DNA of 64,000 bases from an uncultured Spirochaetota bacterium (GTDB lineage Bacteria > Spirochaetota > Spirochaetia > SZUA-6 > CAVTHK01), in assembly GCA_963734495.1 (NCBI GenBank), contig CAVTHK010000011.1:320001-384000 (forward strand). Direction: 5' to 3'. This document shows, in pieces, positions 38,971-50,481 of this stretch. The number at the start of each line of letters is the position of its first letter. Within the stretch, counting starts at the first letter, position 1. The position numbers and the translations under genes were made by a program. The notes under the pieces were generated by a model. It ran no database searches and was not told the DNA's origin. It saw only the letters and a program-made list of their open reading frames with translations.

Positions 38971-39868
38971 ATGACGAGAACGGAGCTGCGGCGCGTGCGC
39001 GACGGGCTGCTTTTCGTGAGCCCGTGGATCGTCGGGTTCGCCGCGTTCCAGATCTACCCCATCCTCTATTCGCTGCGCCTGAGCTTCACTCGCTACTCCG
39101 GGTTCGGCAAGGCGATCGACATCGGGCTCGAGAACTTCGCGAGGCTCCTGCACGATCCCCTCTTCTGGCTCTCCGCCTGGAACACGCTCTACTACACGGC
39201 CCTCGCGGTCCCGATCGGCGTCGTCGTGGCGATCGTGCTCGCCCTCGCTATGAACCAGCACGTGAGAGAGGTGTCCATCTACCGGGCCATGCTGTACGTG
39301 CCCTCGATCCTGCCGGTCTTCGCTCTCTCCTTTGTCTGGGTGGTGTTCGTCAACCCGAGGTACGGGATCTTCAGCTACGCGCTTCAGCTCCTCGGCCTCC
39401 CGGTCATCGACTGGATCGGCGACCCGAAGTGGACCAGGCTCTCGATCGTGATCCTCGCGCAGCTCGGGCGCGGGAGGGCCCGCTCTCATCTTTCTCGCCG
39501 GCCTGCGGGCGATCCCGATCGAGCTGTACGAGTCCGCGCAGATCGACGGGGCGGGCCCGATGACGCGCTTCTTCTCGATCACGCTGCCGCTGATCACGCC
39601 CGTGATCCTGTACGACATCATCCTCGGCCTGAGCCTCGGTCTCCAGGTGTTCACGCAGGCCTACATCATCACCAGCGGCGGGGCGAACATGGCGGGGCCG
39701 CTGAACTCGCTGCTGTTCTACGTTTTCTACGTGTACAAGACCGCGTTCCAGTACACGCAGATGGGGTACGCGTCGGCGCTCGTCTGGGTCCTCTTCGTCG
39801 TCAGCCTCGCGCTGGCCCTCGCGGTGTTCCGCTGGGCGAAGCGGTGGGTCCACTATGAGATCAGCTGA
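38971..39868 (+). CDS. Carbohydrate ABC permease (frameshift near 39475)
   Basis: IGLENF, LYESAQIDGA, MGYASA. Confidence 0.88.
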
Positions 39869-40766
39869 AGCCGCGGAAGCCGTGACCGCGGCGGCGCCCG
39901 CGACGCGGGCGGCGGCGGGAAGCGCACGGCGCAAACCGGTCGGGCGCGTTCTCGCGACGAGCGTGCTGCCGCGTGTCGTCCTCGTCCTGATGTGCCTCGT
40001 CTACGTCGCGCCGTTCTACTGGATGGCGACCACGTCGCTGAAGACTTCGAGCGAGCTGTCGGCCTTTCCGCCCACGCTCTGGCCCCGTTCGTTCGACTTC
40101 GGCAACTACATCGCGGCGGTGAACTACATCCCGTTCATGCGGTTCACGCTGAATTCGCTCATCCTCGCCGCGGGCGCCATGGCCGGCGCCGTCGTCTCGA
40201 ACTCCCTGATCGCCTACGGCTTTTCCCGCATCGAGTGGAAGGGGCGCGACGCGCTCTTCTACGTCGCGATCGCGACGGTATTCATCCCGTTTCCGGTGAC
40301 GATCGTCGCGCTCTTCGACATCTTCGCGAAGCTCGGCTGGATCAACACGTTCTATCCGCTGATCGTGCCCACGTTCTTCGGCCACGCCTTCTACATGTTC
40401 CTGATCCGGCAGTTCCTCATGGGCATCCCCAGGGAGCTCTCGGACGCCGCCCGCATGGATGGCGCGGGCGAGGGCGGCATCTTTGCCGGTGTGATCCTCC
40501 CGCTCATGAAGCCCGCGCTGGCGGTCGTCGCGATCTTCGCCGCGGTGAACGCGTGGAACGACTTCCTCACGCCGCTGATCTACCTGCACACCGAGCTCCG
40601 GTACCCGCTGGCGATCGGCCTGCAGTTCTACAAGGCGGAGCACAACGTCGCGTTCAACCTCCTCATGGCGGCCTCAACGCTCGTGGTGCTGCCCGTGATC
40701 GCGCTCTTTCTCCTCTTCCAGCGCTTCTTTGTCGAAGGGGTGACGGTGGGAGCGATCAAGGGTTAG
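39855..40766 (+). CDS. Carbohydrate ABC permease
   Basis: ELSDAARMDGA, WNDFL.PL, QRFFVEGV..GAIKG. Confidence 0.92.
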   Translation: MRSAEAAEAVTAAAPATRAAAGSARRKPVGRVLATSVLPRVVLVLMCLVYVAPFYWMATTSLKTSSELSAFPPTLWPRSFDFGNYIAAVNYIPFMRFTLNSLILAAGAMAGAVVSNSLIAYGFSRIEWKGRDALFYVAIATVFIPFPVTIVALFDIFAKLGWINTFYPLIVPTFFGHAFYMFLIRQFLMGIPRELSDAARMDGAGEGGIFAGVILPLMKPALAVVAIFAAVNAWNDFLTPLIYLHTELRYPLAIGLQFYKAEHNVAFNLLMAASTLVVLPVIALFLLFQRFFVEGVTVGAIKG

Positions 40767-40809
40767 CCGCGGCCCCTGCCGCGCGGTCGCCGGCCCGCCG
40801 GGCGCGAGG

Positions 40810-41475
40810 TCAGCCGGTACGCTCCGCTCCGTGCCTGACGTCCTTTCCTTCGGCCACGAAGATGGCGTTCTCCGCGATGTTCTTGGCGTGGTCGCCGATG
40901 CGCTCGAGGTTCCTGGACAGGAGGGCGATATCCAAGGCCCAGCGCGCGTGCGAAGGGTCGCGCTCCATCAGGGCGAGAGCGCTCAGGGTCACCTGAGCCT
41001 TGCCCTCGTTGAGCGCCCGGTCGCGTTCGAGGACGGCGCGGGCCCGCTCGGGCGCCCGCTCCACGTATGCGTGCAGGCTCTCCTTGACCATCTCTGACGC
41101 GATTTCGGCCATGCGAGGGATATGCCGAAACTCGCCCAGGGGCTTTTCCTTCTGGAGCCGCTCCGCCTTGTGACATATGTTCACCGCGAGATCGGCCAGG
41201 CGCTCCAGGTCGACGTTCGTCTTGACGGCGCCGATGATGTAGCGCAGATCCGACGCCGCAGGCTGAAAGAGGGCGATCATCCGCAGGCAGATCTCGTCCA
41301 CCTCGATCTGCAGGTGGTTGACCCGGTCTTCGTACTTGTAGACTTCGGCTGCCGCGGAAGCGTCCCGGTCGACGAGGGCGGCGATCGCCCTGGCAATCAT
41401 CGACTCGGCGCAGGCGCTCATCTCCAGAAGCCTGTTCTTGAGGTCGGAGAGGTATTCGTCCATGTGACGTTCCAC
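40810..41475 (-). CDS. phoU: PhoU, second copy
   Basis: QPAASDLR, DLERLAD, LERIGDHAKNIAE. Confidence 0.93.
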   Translation of the reverse strand: MERHMDEYLSDLKNRLLEMSACAESMIARAIAALVDRDASAAAEVYKYEDRVNHLQIEVDEICLRMIALFQPAASDLRYIIGAVKTNVDLERLADLAVNICHKAERLQKEKPLGEFRHIPRMAEIASEMVKESLHAYVERAPERARAVLERDRALNEGKAQVTLSALALMERDPSHARWALDIALLSRNLERIGDHAKNIAENAIFVAEGKDVRHGAERTG

Positions 41476-41487
41476 GCTTGTCTCCTC

Positions 41488-42264
41488 TCAGCCGTAACGG
41501 CCGCTGATGTAGTCCTGAGTGCGGCTGTCGGTCGGGGTCGTGAACAGCCGCGCCGTCTCGCCGAACTCGACCATGCGGCCGAGCAGCATGTAGCCGCATG
41601 CGTCGGAGATGCGGGCGGCCTGGTGCATGTTGTGCGTGACGATCAGGATCGTGTACGACACCTTGAGCGCCAGCATCAGCTCCTCGATCCGCGCCGTGGC
41701 GATCGGGTCGAGGGCCGAGCACGGCTCGTCCATCAGGATGACTTCGGGCTGCACCGCGATCAGCCGCGCGATGCACAGGCGCTGCTGCTGGTCCAGCGGC
41801 AGGCCGAGCGCCGGGGCGTCGAGGCGGTCGCGCAGCTGGTCCCACAGCCAGGCGGCCGTGAGGCTCCGCTCCACCTGTTCGGCCAGCACCCTCCGGCTGC
41901 GCTCGCCCGCCACCACGAGCCCGAAGGCGACGTTGTCGAAGACGGAGAGGGGGAAGGGGTTGGGTCTCTGGAACACCATTCCCACCCGCTTGCGGAGGAG
42001 CGAGACATCCACCTGCGGCGCGTAGACGTCGGCGCCTTCGAGCAGCACCCGGCCGCCGGTCCGCACACCGCTGATCAGGTCGTTCATGCGGTTCATGCTG
42101 CGCAGCAGCGTCGACTTGCCGCATCCCGAAGGCCCGATCAGCGCCGTGATCCTGCGATCCTCGACCCGGAGGTCCACGTCGATCAGCGCATGGAACGACC
42201 CGTAGTGCAGATCGAAATGGGATACCTCCATCTTGACCGCGCCGGCCGGATCGACCCCCATCAC
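41488..42264 (-). CDS. pstB: PstB-type ATPase with degenerate ABC signature
   Basis: [34 protein letters not shown] replaces LSGGQ. Confidence 0.9.
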   Translation of the reverse strand: MMGVDPAGAVKMEVSHFDLHYGSFHALIDVDLRVEDRRITALIGPSGCGKSTLLRSMNRMNDLISGVRTGGRVLLEGADVYAPQVDVSLLRKRVGMVFQRPNPFPLSVFDNVAFGLVVAGERSRRVLAEQVERSLTAAWLWDQLRDRLDAPALGLPLDQQQRLCIARLIAVQPEVILMDEPCSALDPIATARIEELMLALKVSYTILIVTHNMHQAARISDACGYMLLGRMVEFGETARLFTTPTDSRTQDYISGRYG

Positions 42265-42274
42265 AGCGATCCTC

Positions 42275-43058
42275 TCATCCGAATCTTCCCGTCACGTAGT
42301 CGTTGGTCCTCCCGTCGCTCGGGACGGTGAAGATCCGTTCGGTCGGCCCGTGCTCCACCAGTTCGCCCATCAGGAAGAAGGCGGTCGTGTCCGCCACCCG
42401 GCTCGCCTGCTTGGTGTTGTTGGTCACCAGGACGATCGTGTAGTCCTTCTTGAGCGCGAGGAGCGCCTCCTCGATGCGGGCGGTGGAGATGGGATCGAGG
42501 CCCGAGCAGGGCTCGTCCAGCAGGATCACCTCCGGCTCCATCGCCAGCACGCGGGCGAGGCAGAGCCGCTGCTGCTGCCCGCCGGAGAGCCGCAGCGCCG
42601 AGGAGGCCAGGCGGTCCTTGACCTCGTCCCAGAGAAAGGCCGCCCGAAGGCTCTTCTCCGCGATCTCGTCGAGATGCGCCCGCCCCCGGACCCGCGAGAG
42701 CCGCACGCCGTAGGTGACGTTGGCGAAGATGCTCATCGGCAGCGGCACCGGCAGCGCGAAGACCATGCCGACTCTCCTGCGCAGCGCCACCACATCGTAG
42801 CCTGGACCGTAGACGTCCTCGCCGTCGAGGAGGATCCGCCCCTCGATGCGGCTGTCGCTCGTTCGTCTCGTTCATGCGGTTGAGGGCGCGCAGGAACGTC
42901 GTCTTGCCCGAACCGGCCGGACCGATGATGCCCAGGATCCGGCGGTCCGCGACGTCCAGCGTGATGCCGCGGAGGGCGGCGACTCCGTCAAAGAACACGC
43001 TGAGGCTCTCGGCTCTGATCTTCGGCGGTGCCGCTTCCATCCGCGCTCCCTCAGTCAC
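42275..43058 (-). CDS. pstB: PstB-type ATPase with H-loop His to Asn (frameshift near 42860)
   Basis: [38 protein letters not shown]. Confidence 0.88.
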
Positions 43059-43894
43059 CTTGCCCGGCGCGCGATGAAGCGGTTCATCGCCCAGTACGTC
43101 GCCAGGTTGATCGCGAGGATCGAGATCACCAGCACGGCGGCCGTCGCGTACGCCTTCTCGGTGGAGATGCCTTCGCGCGCCAGGATGTAGAAGTGGACCG
43201 CCATCGTGCGGACGGGCTCGAACAACGAGGCTGGCATGTTGAGCGCCGAGCCGGCCGTGAAGATCACGGCCGCCGTCTCCCCGACCGCGCGCCCGACGCT
43301 CAGCATGACGCCGGTCACGATGCCCGGCGCGGCGTTGGGCAGGACGACCTTGAGCACCGTCTCCCAGCGGGTGGCGCCGAGCGAGAGGCTCACTTCGCGG
43401 TAGGAGTAGGGGACCGAGCGGATGGCCTCCTCGGACGTGCGGATGATGGTGGGAAGGACCATGATCGCCAGCGTGAACCCTCCGGAGAGCACCGACCAGC
43501 CCCAGCGGAGCGTGATCACGAAGAAGATGAATCCGAACAGCCCGAAGATGATCGACGGAATGCCCGCCAGGCAGTCCGTGCCGAAGCGGATGACCGCCGT
43601 GACGCGCGACTCGCGCGTGTACTCCGCGAGGTAGACCGCGGTGCCGACGCCGAGCGGCAGGGCCACGGCGATCGCAACGGCGGGGAGAATCACGGTGCCG
43701 ACGAGCGTCTGGAGGATGCCGCCCTGTCTCCCCATGTCGGAGCTGCGGGTCGAAAGGAACGCCCAGGTGACGCCCGGCAGGCCCTTCTGGAGAACGAACA
43801 GCACGAGGTATACGAGCACCGCCACGGTCAACGCCGTGGCGGCAGCCAGCAGGGCCACCGCGACACCTTGGGTAACGCGGGGCGATATTCTCAT
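43055..43894 (-). CDS. pstA: PstA, second copy
   Basis: LAGIPSIIFGLFG, RAVGETAA. Confidence 0.93.
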   Translation of the reverse strand: MRISPRVTQGVAVALLAAATALTVAVLVYLVLFVLQKGLPGVTWAFLSTRSSDMGRQGGILQTLVGTVILPAVAIAVALPLGVGTAVYLAEYTRESRVTAVIRFGTDCLAGIPSIIFGLFGFIFFVITLRWGWSVLSGGFTLAIMVLPTIIRTSEEAIRSVPYSYREVSLSLGATRWETVLKVVLPNAAPGIVTGVMLSVGRAVGETAAVIFTAGSALNMPASLFEPVRTMAVHFYILAREGISTEKAYATAAVLVISILAINLATYWAMNRFIARRAR

Positions 43895-44782
43895 CGGCCG
43901 CCCGCCTTTCTGCGAATGGACCTGGTAGCCGCGAAGTTCAGCACGATGATCACGACCAGGAGCACGATGCCCGTGGCGAAGAGCGCCTGTCGGTGCAGCC
44001 CGATGGCGTAGCCCATCTCGAGGGCGATGTTCGCGGTGAGCGTCCGCACCGAGTCCAGCGGCGAGCCCGGCAGCCTGACCGCGTTGCCCGCCACCATGAT
44101 GACCGCCATCGTTTCGCCGACCGCGCGGCCCATGCCGAGGATGATGCCGGCGACGATCCCGCTGCGTGCCGCCTTGAGGATGACCATGTGCACCGCCTGC
44201 CAGGGCGTGGCTCCCAGCGCGAGAGCCCCCTCTCGGTAGCTGGCGGGCACGGCGCTGATGGCGTCCACCGAGATGCTCATGATCGTGGGCAGCACCATGA
44301 TGCCCAGGATCACCGCCGCGGCCAGGACCGAGAGCCCCGACCCTCCGAGGTGCACGCGGATCCACGGAACCAGCACCATCACGCCGATGAACCCGTAGAC
44401 CACCGAGGGGATGCCCGGCCAGCAGCTCTATCGTGGGCTTCAGGATCTTCATCACGCGCCGGGGAGCGAACTCGGTGAGGAAGACGGCGCCGGCTACGCC
44501 CAGAGGAGCCCCGATGAGCATCGCGCCGACGGTCACCCAGAGGGACGCGGCCACCATGGGAAGGATGCCGAAGGAGGGGGGCTTCGCGGCCGGCTGCCAC
44601 TTCGAGGAAAAGAGAAAGTCCCCGATGCCCACCTTCAAGAGGAACGGCAGGCCCTCGCTGAAGATGAAAGCCGCGATGAGGAGCAGGCCTCCCAGGGCCG
44701 AGAACGCGACGATACGAAGAGCGCCGCGGACGATCCTCTCGTTCCCCCGGGCGAGCTGCTGCGGTCTGCTGCGCTTCCTCAT
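43891..44782 (-). CDS. pstC: PstC, second copy (frameshift near 44418)
   Basis: IELLAG/IPSVVYG, GRAVGETMAV. Confidence 0.9.
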
Positions 44783-44791
44783 GTCACTGCC

Positions 44792-45597
44792 TCATCGAGC
44801 CGGAAGCAGGCCGTCGTCCTTGATGATCTTCTGCCCTTCGGGACTCAGGACGAAGTCGATAAAGCGCGCGGCCGCCTCCGTGGGTTGGCCGCGGGTCAGC
44901 AGGTACACAGGGCGAACCAGCTTGTACCGTCCGGCCGTACACCTCCTCGATCGTGCCGGGCACGCCGTCGAGCGCAACCGGCCTGACCTTTTCGTTGACG
45001 ACTCCGAACGACAGGTAGCCGATCGCGTTGGGGTTGGTCGCAACCGTTTCGCGGATCGTGCCGTTGGAGTCCTGGATGATGGCGTCGCTGCTCAGACGCA
45101 CGTCGGTGACGATCTGCTCGAATGACGACCGTGTGCCGGAGCCGGCCTCCCGCGAAACGACGGTGATCGGCGCGTCGGGTCCGCCGAGAGCCTTCCAGTT
45201 GCGGATCTTCCCGTTGAAGACATCGCGCACCTGGGCCGTCGAAAGCCCATTGACCGGGTTCGACGGGTGGACCACGAGCGCGATTCCGTCCCGGGCGACG
45301 ACGACGGCGTTGAGCGCGCGCGCCTCTTCGGGGAGCACTACCATGTCGGCCATGCCGATCTGGGCGGCTCCGCTCAAGGCGGCCTGTATGCCCACGGCCG
45401 AGCCCCCGCCCTGAACCGCGATCGAGTAGCCGGGGTTGCGCTTGATGAACTCATCCGCGAGCTTTTCCGCAAACGGCAGAAACGCGGTCGAGCCCGCCGC
45501 GGTCGCGCTGTTCGCGCGCGGGCCGCAGCCGGCGATCGCGAGGGCGATGGCGCACGCCGCCAGCGCAAGCGCCCCGCGCTCGCATGCCCTTGCGCAT
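44792..45597 (-). CDS. pstS: PstS-family lipoprotein, second copy (frameshift near 44930; start uncertain)
   Basis: IAGC lipobox, AGST, GGGSAVG, DGIALVVHP, REAGSGTR. Confidence 0.85.
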
Positions 45598-45659
45598 CCT
45601 CTCGCGCTCACGACCCGGAGCCTATCAGGTGCGCGCCGGTCGGACAACCGGGCAAGCGC

Positions 45660-47754
45660 CTATTCCAGCGCGATCACCGCGACGTCGCGAGCGCCGGCCG
45701 TGAGCGTCACGACGCGGCCGTCGACCCCGGCCTCGGCGCCCCAGGGGCTTGCGGCCTTCTTGAAGGGGCCCCAGGCGCCCCCGAGCTCCAGGCGCACCGG
45801 CAGAGGCTTGCGCGCAGGGTTCGCGACCCAGAGGTAGGTGCCGCCCGCGCCTGCGTGGAGGCGCGCCTTGACGCGCGGCTCGCTCGAGCGCACGTGCTGC
45901 TGCCTGCCGGCGAACGCGAGCGCGTCGGCGAAGAGCTGCGGGCGACCGGTCGCCCGGGTGCTTCCCGTAGCCGTAGCCGCACATCGTGCCGACCAGGCGC
46001 GTGCGCCCCTTGCCGAAGTTGTTGTCCACCGCAGCGACGCGGCCGTCGTCGTAGGCGCCCACGGGGCGACCGGTCGTGGGCTCGTAGGCCTGCAGGAACA
46101 CGCCGCCGCGCGCGCGGGCTCCCGCGACGGCGAGCTTGAGGTCGGCGAGCAGGTCCGGCGTGAACTCGACGTAGCTCTCCCGCGCGCCGAAGAGCTCGTC
46201 GAGCCCCAGCCCCGGCTGCCGGACGCCCATGCGCCCCCGGTCGCCGAAATAGCCGGGGCACCCCTCAGCGAACAGGGTCCCGCCGGCTGCGACCCACTTC
46301 TTCAATGAGTCCGCGCTCGCTTGAGACAGCATCACAGGAAAGGGAAGGTAGATGAAGTCGTACTCCCCGATGTGGTCGATGCGCACCCAGTCGGCCTGCA
46401 CGTTCAGGTCGTAGAAGCCCTGATAGGCGCCCTCCAGCGAGCCGGCGAAGAAGTCGGTGCTGCCCGCTTGAGCGTAGTTGTGGATCTGCGTCTCGGGCAC
46501 GAACACGATGCCGACTTCGCCCTTCACGGGGCGCGACTGCCACAGCTTCACTTGAGCGGGCGCCGCGGCCCACTTGCCGACCGCGCTTGCCATCGCCGAG
46601 CGGTCGGTGCGCGAGCCGTCGTGGCCCCACGGCCCGAAGGCGCCGAAGAGCGGGCCGTCGAGGAGCGAGCGCCAGCGCAGGTACAGCAGCCCGCTCGCTC
46701 CGCCCATGAAGGAGACGAGGTCCCAGTAGCGGATGTCCTCGGCCGAGGCGATGCGGCCCTCGTCGCGCGGCTTGCCGATCACCTGCGGCTGCATCCACAG
46801 CGGGCCGCCGTACGCCTCGGCGTGCCAGAACGGCTTGCCGCGCGAGGCCGCGCGCACCAGGTCGATGGCGTGCGCCTGCTTCCACGGCTCGTCGCCGTGG
46901 CGCGAGGAGCCCCACGTGAGGCCGTAGCTCTCGACCTCGGCGGCCGCGCGCCAGTCGTCGGCCGCGATCGGGGCGAGCCCGTGCAGGCTCGCGGCAATCC
47001 CGTGCGCTGTGATCGCGCAGTCGGGGTCGACCGAGCGGATCGTCTCGACGCGCCAGCGCATCAGGGCGTACGCGTTGTCGACCCGGAACTCGAGCCAGTC
47101 GAAGCTGTCGGGATAGGGCCCGAGCTGGCGCGGGGGTACGACGTCCTCCCACTCGGCAAAGCCGGGGCGGTACCAGGCGTCGCCGAGCGCCTTCACACTG
47201 CCGTACTTCTTCCGGAGCCATTCGCGGAAGCGGGCGGCGGTGCCCGGGCACCAGCACTCGTCGCGGTGCATGTTGCACTCGTTCCAGACGTCGTAGCCGC
47301 CGAGGCCGGGGTGCCCCTTGTAGCGGCCTGCGAGCTGACGCAGGTAGTTGCCCGCGGCCTCGCGGAAATCGTCGTTGTCCAGGCAGAGCCCCTGGAACCC
47401 GCCGGTGGCGCAGCTTCCGCTCATGGTGCTGTAGCCCAGCGCTGCCGTCGCGCGACTCGGTGCGCGCGTGCGCGAACTTCCGGTAGGCCCATTCCGGGCG
47501 GGGCGAGGCACCACTCGGAGCAGATCGTCTTGATGCCGTTCTTCGCCGCCAGGTCGAGCTGCCGGTCCCAGGCGTCCCAGACGAACTTGCCCGGCGCCTG
47601 CTCTATGGTCGACCACATGAACCAGTGTCGGAAGATGTTGACCCCGTCCTCGCTCGCGGTCCTGTAGTCGCGCTCCCAGTCCTCCCGCGGCGGGTTCGAC
47701 CAGCGGAAGTAGACGGCGCCGTAGGGAAAGCGGGGAAGGTTCTTTGGCGGGCAT
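45660..47754 (-). CDS. GH42-like beta-galactosidase (frameshifts near 47745, 47500-47450, 45940)
   Basis: YGAVYF, WSTIE..PGKF.W, DVWNE, CWCP, FREWLRKKYG; C-terminal trimerisation-like domain; GGAGGAG RBS. Confidence 0.8.
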
Positions 47755-47771
47755 GGCTCCTCCGAGCCGTC

Positions 47772-47801
47772 GTGATAGCACGCGCCTCTGCGCGGTGTAA
47801 A
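47772..47801 (-). promoter_or_regulatory. Sigma70-like promoter of the GH42 gene
   Basis: TTTACA(47801-47796)-18-TATCAC with TG extension. Confidence 0.45.
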
Positions 47802-48450
47802 GCGGGGCATCAGCCGTGCACGGCGGATCGGCCCGCCTCAAGGCGGACGGCACTCTCCTCGCGTTCGGCGACAATACCCACGGGCAAGCTCGGAAACGGC
47901 ACGACCGCCGACATTCTGACCCCGAACCGCTCACGGCTCGCTGGGGGACGGATCGACGATGGACTCGCGAAGCCCGCGGTACGTGATGGACCGCGTTGCT
48001 TCCGTATCCTGCGGTTCCGAGCACGCGCTGATCCTGGGGACGGACGGCTCCCTATTGAGCTGCGGCAGCGACTGGTCGGGGCAGTTGGGAACCTCGAGGC
48101 CGCTCCTGGAGACGTCGCCGCAGAGATTCCTTTTCTGAGCGGATCTCAACAGGCGCAAGCGCAACTGGGAGCTCCTCTTCGATTCCCCGGACGGCCGTCG
48201 GGACACCCGGGCTGTCATGGATCACACGAGCCGTCAACGAACGAGGGGATCCCCTTTCGTTCGCGGCCCCGCCCGGGCCGGCATGCGGATCGCCCTTCCC
48301 CGCGGACAACAGCTGTGGTACGCTCACCTGTCCGGAGAGCCGCGTCTTTCCGGGAGTCCAAGCGAGAGGCCCGCCGAGTACAGGGGCTGGGGACCTGGCG
48401 AGCCCCTCGAGGACAGGGGTCTACGAGACGCCAGGTCATAGGAGGATTCG

Positions 48451-50457
48451 ATGAGGAGACTCATTGCGGGGCTCGTTCTGGTCCTACTCGGGGTTACCGC
48501 CTTCGCGGGAGGCACAGGCGAGGCGACAAAGCCGGCCGGGGTGCAGCCCGGCGTGACGCCGCAGGCCCAGCCGGAGCCGGTCAAGGCCCCGGCCAAATAC
48601 CATGAGGCGCCGGCCCTGGCCGCGCTTGTCAAAGCGGGCAAGCTGCCGCCAGTCGAGCAGCGCCTGCCCGAGAACCCGATCGTCGTAAAACCTGTCGAGA
48701 GGGTCGGCAAGTACGGCGGCGACTGGCGCCTGGCCAACATCGGCGCGAACCTGACCCACTTCGACCGCTACCTCGGCTACGAGGGGCTGATTCGCTGGAG
48801 CCCCGGCTGGCAGGGCATCGAGCCGAACCTGGCGGAGCGCTGGACCGTGAACGACGCGGGCAACGAGTTCACCTTCTACCTGCGCAGGGGCGTCAAGTGG
48901 TCGGACGGCGTGCCGTGGAACGCGGACGACATCATGTTCTGGTACGAAGGGATCCTGCTGAACAAGCAGCTCACTCCGGCGATCCCGAGCTGGCTGCGCC
49001 AGGGCGACAAGCCGGTCGTCGTGAGCAGGATCGACGACTACACGGTCAAGTTCACCTTCGTCCAGCCCAACGGCCTGTTCCTCTTCAACCTCGCGGCCGT
49101 CGGCGGGACCCAGACCGTCGGCACCTACTGGGCCAAGCACTACTACGCGCAGTTCCATCCGCAGTACGCGGGCCAGGAGGCGGTGGACAAGCTCGTGAAG
49201 GAAGCGGGCGTCGGCGACTGGGTCAAGCTGATGGGCTCCAAGGGCGGCCCGGGCGGCGACTACTGGCGCAACAGCGAGAAGCCGGTGCTGCACGCCTGGA
49301 AGCTCACGCTGGCCCCCGGTGAGAAGGGCGCCACCGACCAGGCAATCGCCGAGAGGAACCCCTACTATTTCAAGGTCGACCCGCAGGGCAACCAGCTCCC
49401 CTATCTCGACCGCGTCGTGATCTACATGCTCAGCGACGAGCAGGTGCTGGTTCTCAAGATCCTCAACGGCGAGATCGACATGATGGACCAGTTCATCGCG
49501 ACCGCCGCGAACAAACCGGTCTTCTACGACAACCAGGCCAAGGGCGGCTACCACTTCTTCGAGACGACGCCCACGCTGACCAACACGGCCTTCATCCAGC
49601 TCAACCTCAACCACTCCGACCTGATCAAGCGGAAGATCTTCAACGACAAGAACTTCCGCATCGGGCTCTCGTATGCGATCAACCGCAAGGAGATCATCGA
49701 GCTCGGCTTCGGCGGCCTGGGGCAGCCGCACCAGGGTGCGCCGCGGCCCGACTCACCGTTCTGGCACGAGAGGCTCGCCAAACAGTACACCGAGTACGAC
49801 GTCGCCAAGGCGAACGAGTACCTGGACAAGGCGCTTCCGAACAAGGATGCGCAGGGCTTCCGCCTGCAGCCGGACGGGAAGCGCCTCGTGATCACGTTCG
49901 AGGTGGACAAGAACCGGCCTGAGTTCGCCGAGGTCTTCGACCTGGTGCCCAAGTACTGGGCCAAGGTTGGCGTCGAGGCGGTGATGAAGCCCATGGACCG
50001 CACGCTCTGGGAGGTGCGGGTGCGCCAGCAGATCGACTACGACGCCTCGATCCACCGCTTCGGCGGCGGGGCGGGGCTCACCGTGCTCACGGACCCGCGC
50101 TACTATTTCCCCTTCAACAACAACTCATTGTTCGCGCCGGCGTGGGCGCTGTGGTACGTCAACCCGAGCGGCAAGGGCGCGCCGTATCCGCCCCAGGAGC
50201 CGCCGGCGCCGGTCAGGAAGCAGATGGAGCTCTACGACCAGATCAAGGTGACGCCGGATTTCGAGAAGCAGAAGGAGCTGATGAAGCAGATCCTCGACAT
50301 CGCGGCGGACGAGTTCTACGGGATCGGGATCAGCACGGAGCCCAGCAGCTACGGAATCGTGAAGAACAACTTCAAGAACGTGCCCAAGTCGATGCCGTGG
50401 TCCTGGGACTATCCGCACCCGGCACCGGACAACCCCTGCCAGTTCTTCAAGGAGTAG
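48451..50457 (+). CDS. Family 5 ABC substrate-binding protein
   Basis: GKLPPVEQRLP, GKYGG, KWSDG.P..ADD, RNPYYFKVDP.GNQLPY. Confidence 0.92.
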   Translation: MRRLIAGLVLVLLGVTAFAGGTGEATKPAGVQPGVTPQAQPEPVKAPAKYHEAPALAALVKAGKLPPVEQRLPENPIVVKPVERVGKYGGDWRLANIGANLTHFDRYLGYEGLIRWSPGWQGIEPNLAERWTVNDAGNEFTFYLRRGVKWSDGVPWNADDIMFWYEGILLNKQLTPAIPSWLRQGDKPVVVSRIDDYTVKFTFVQPNGLFLFNLAAVGGTQTVGTYWAKHYYAQFHPQYAGQEAVDKLVKEAGVGDWVKLMGSKGGPGGDYWRNSEKPVLHAWKLTLAPGEKGATDQAIAERNPYYFKVDPQGNQLPYLDRVVIYMLSDEQVLVLKILNGEIDMMDQFIATAANKPVFYDNQAKGGYHFFETTPTLTNTAFIQLNLNHSDLIKRKIFNDKNFRIGLSYAINRKEIIELGFGGLGQPHQGAPRPDSPFWHERLAKQYTEYDVAKANEYLDKALPNKDAQGFRLQPDGKRLVITFEVDKNRPEFAEVFDLVPKYWAKVGVEAVMKPMDRTLWEVRVRQQIDYDASIHRFGGGAGLTVLTDPRYYFPFNNNSLFAPAWALWYVNPSGKGAPYPPQEPPAPVRKQMELYDQIKVTPDFEKQKELMKQILDIAADEFYGIGISTEPSSYGIVKNNFKNVPKSMPWSWDYPHPAPDNPCQFFKE

Positions 50458-50481
50458 GACAGAGAGAGACGGGACACGAGC

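Noticed and set aside
47875-47930. GGGCAAGCTCGGAAACGG resembling a c-di-GMP-I riboswitch
   Set aside because: Lacks the GCAAA receptor and second stem; match too weak
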